A stretch of DNA of 64,000 bases from an uncultured delta proteobacterium (lineage in GTDB: Bacteria; Myxococcota; Myxococcia; SLRQ01). The notes under the pieces are model-generated. The model did not search any database. It had not been told where the DNA came from and was given only the letters and a program-made list of their open reading frames with translations. The stretch spans positions 544,001 through 608,000 of the forward strand of contig CAVSGM010000001.1 in assembly GCA_963727485.1 (NCBI GenBank). The letters are read 5' to 3'. The position numbers and the translations under genes are program-made. The first letter of the stretch is position 1. Every line of letters begins with the position of its first letter. Below, in pieces: positions 62,065-64,000 of the stretch.

Positions 62065-62808
62065 ATGTCACGTCAGCAGCCGAAGCCGAAGCCGAAGCCG
62101 AAGCCGCACTCGCACTCGTCTCGACGCACGCGCAGCGCCCGTCGCTCATCGGGTGGCCGCAAGCAGCTCGAGCTGGAGCTGCGGACGTGGGGCGGTCGCC
62201 GGCGGGGCGCCGGCCGCAAGCCCGCCGGCGACCGGTCGGGCGTGTCCCACCGCCGCCGCCAGGCCGTCGCCTCCAGTCACCCTGTCCACGTCACCCTGCG
62301 CGTGCGCCGGCACGTGTGGAACCTGCGGGCCCGCCGGTGTCGGCGGATCCTCGAGGCGGCCTTCGCCTCGGCCCGCGAGCGGAACGGTCTGCGGCTGGTC
62401 CACTACTCCATCCAGGGCAACCACGTGCACCTGCTGGTCGAGGCCCGGGGTCGCGAGGCCCTCGCCCGCGGCGTCCAGGGGCTCTCGGTGCGCATCGCGC
62501 GGGGGCTCAACCGGCTGATGTCCGCCCGAGGCAAGGTGCTCTCGGACCGCTACCACGCCCACGTGCTCCGTACCCCCAAGGAGGTGCGCCACGCCCTGCG
62601 CTACGTCCTGCGCAATGCCGATCGGCACGGCCTCCGGTGGCGGACCGGACCCCGGGGGCCGAAGGTGGATCCCTGCTCCTCCGGGCGCTGGTTCGACGGG
62701 TGGAAAGGCGATCTGGAGCCCGAGTCCTCGCCCCGGCCGGTGTCTCCGCCCGGCACCTGGCTGCTTCGGGTGGGCTGGCGCCGCCACGGTCTGCTGCCCC
62801 TCGCGTGA
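62065..62808 (+). mobile_element. REP-associated tyrosine transposase (RAYT)/IS200-like Y1 HUH nuclease
   Basis: PVHVTLR, HYSIQGNHVHLLVE (HUH), DRYHAHVL, RYVLRN (catalytic Tyr); basic N-terminus WGGRRRGAGRKP. Confidence 0.88.
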
Positions 62809-62840
62809 CGGGGTCCCCTTGCGTGACGGGGTCCCCTGCG
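62803..62840. repeat. Two direct copies of GCGTGACGGGGTCCCCT
   Basis: Read directly; overlaps the RAYT stop codon. Confidence 0.85.
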
Positions 62841-62894
62841 CAACCGGGAGCCCGGCCCTTGCCAGGTGTCCTTCGCCCAGGTGCCATTCGGCAT

Positions 62895-62967
62895 CGCTCG
62901 GCCGTGCCAAACGGCGAGCGTGGCCGTGCCAAACGGCGAGCGTGGCCGTGCCAAACGGCGAGCATGG
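62895..62967. repeat. Three tandem 22-bp palindromic REP-like units GGCCGTGCCAAACGGCGAGC(G/A)T
   Basis: Each unit holds hairpin GCCGT-GCCAA-ACGGC. Confidence 0.9.
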
Positions 62968-62991
62968 CGCTTGCCGCCCCGGCCGACTCGC

Positions 62992-63312
62992 CTAGGTGCC
63001 CTTGAGCCCCCCGTGCTCCGGGCACGGGCACAGCTCCCGCAGGAACTCGAAGGTATAGATCCCGGTGTCGTGCCCGTCGGAGAACTTGAAGCCGATGGCG
63101 TACCCGCCGACCAGCGTCATGTCGGTCACGGCCGCGTCGAGGCCGTCGTGGAACACGTGGCCGCCACCGTGGCCCTGACAGCCGGCGCAGGGGCAGTGGC
63201 CCCGCAGGTAGCGCATGGGGTAGCGCGAGACGTGGCCGTCGCTCCAGGTGATCTGGACCTCCTGGCGGCCGCGCTCGGCGACGACGTCCTTGGGCTTCAC
63301 CAGCTCGCTCAT
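62992..63312 (-). CDS. DUF971 (GBBH-like N-terminal) protein
   Basis: ITWSDGH..YLRGHCPCAGC, VGGYA..FSDGHDTGIYTF. Confidence 0.9.
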   Translation of the reverse strand: MSELVKPKDVVAERGRQEVQITWSDGHVSRYPMRYLRGHCPCAGCQGHGGGHVFHDGLDAAVTDMTLVGGYAIGFKFSDGHDTGIYTFEFLRELCPCPEHGGLKGT

Positions 63313-63428
63313 GGTCGAGAGGGTGGGCCGGGCCCGGCCCCGCGTCAATCGGATTCCGGCACCCAATCCGCCGATTTCGGGCCCGCCGAGGCGGACTTTG
63401 GCGCCGGGCGGGGTATACAGATGGGCCC

Positions 63429-64000
63429 ATGCACGGCCTGCTCCTCGTCAACCTCGGCACCCCCGACGACACCTCCACCCGGGCGGTGCGCCGCTACCTC
63501 CGGGAGTTCCTCTCGGACCCGCGGGTCATCGACCTCTCGCCTCTGGGGCGCTGGCTCCTGCTCAACGCCATCATCCTGCCCTTCCGCCCGGCGAAGAGCG
63601 CCGAGGCCTACCGCAAGATCTGGAACGACCGGGGCTCGCCGCTCCTCCACCACGGCGTCAATCTCGCAAAGCAGGTGCGCAGCCGTCTCGGCGCTGGATG
63701 GGAGGTGGCGCTGGGGATGCGCTACGGGAGCCCGCCGGTCGACGGCGCCCTGAAGCAGCTCGAGGCCGCCGGCTGCGACCGCGTCGTGGTCCTCCCGCTC
63801 TACCCCCAGTACGCCTCGTCGAGCACCGGCTCCACCCTGGAGAAGGTCTACGAGCTCGCCGGCACCCGGGAGAACGTGCCCTCACTGTGCGCCGTCCCCG
63901 CGTTCCACGCCGACCCGGGCTTCCTCGACGCGGCGGCCAAGGTCGCCCGCGCCGCCCTCGAGGGCGTCGAGGTCGACCACGTGCTCTTCAGCTTCCACGG
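63429..64000 (+). CDS. hemH: Ferrochelatase (partial, runs off window)
   Basis: MHGLLLVNLGTPD..VRRYLREFLSDPRVID, GSPLL, MRYGSP, LPLYPQYA, LFSFHG. Confidence 0.93.
   Translation, partial: MHGLLLVNLGTPDDTSTRAVRRYLREFLSDPRVIDLSPLGRWLLLNAIILPFRPAKSAEAYRKIWNDRGSPLLHHGVNLAKQVRSRLGAGWEVALGMRYGSPPVDGALKQLEAAGCDRVVVLPLYPQYASSSTGSTLEKVYELAGTRENVPSLCAVPAFHADPGFLDAAAKVARAALEGVEVDHVLFSFH

Noticed and set aside
62065..62990. IS605/IS200 element with tnpB
   Set aside because: No RuvC/TnpB ORF; the next gene is DUF971 on the opposite strand

Overview
High-GC chromosomal window that looks like Myxococcota/deltaproteobacterial DNA (TIGR02266-type PilZ protein, DUF2378-like pair, Cys-rich lipoproteins with DGG linkers, di-heme peroxidase). 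About 70 mostly housekeeping or metabolic genes are supported: a FadR/GntR-GMC oxidoreductase operon, acyl-CoA dehydrogenase, SF1 helicase, tldD/tldE, an ECF sigma/anti-sigma pair, tyrosine catabolism (fahA-maiA-hppD-hmgA), thyA-folA, ABC exporters, dNK-panB-panC-smpB and a partial hemH. At least six genes carry frameshifts, most simply explained by long-read indel errors. Highlights: (1) a RAYT/Y1 HUH transposase flanked by a perfect ~20 x 16-bp tandem array ending in a hairpin and, downstream, two more short tandem/palindromic repeat families; (2) a Zn-ribbon pseudokinase + vWA + divergent adenylosuccinate-synthetase-like operon whose PurA homolog has a remodelled aspartate loop and GTP motif; (3) an AhpC/TSA-like lipoprotein with an in-frame UGA in a UxxC motif and a SECIS-like hairpin (probable selenoprotein split by the ORF track); (4) three FadR-type operator boxes at the window start. 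No rRNA, tRNA or CRISPR array was recognised. All family calls come from motif recognition by eye, not database searches.
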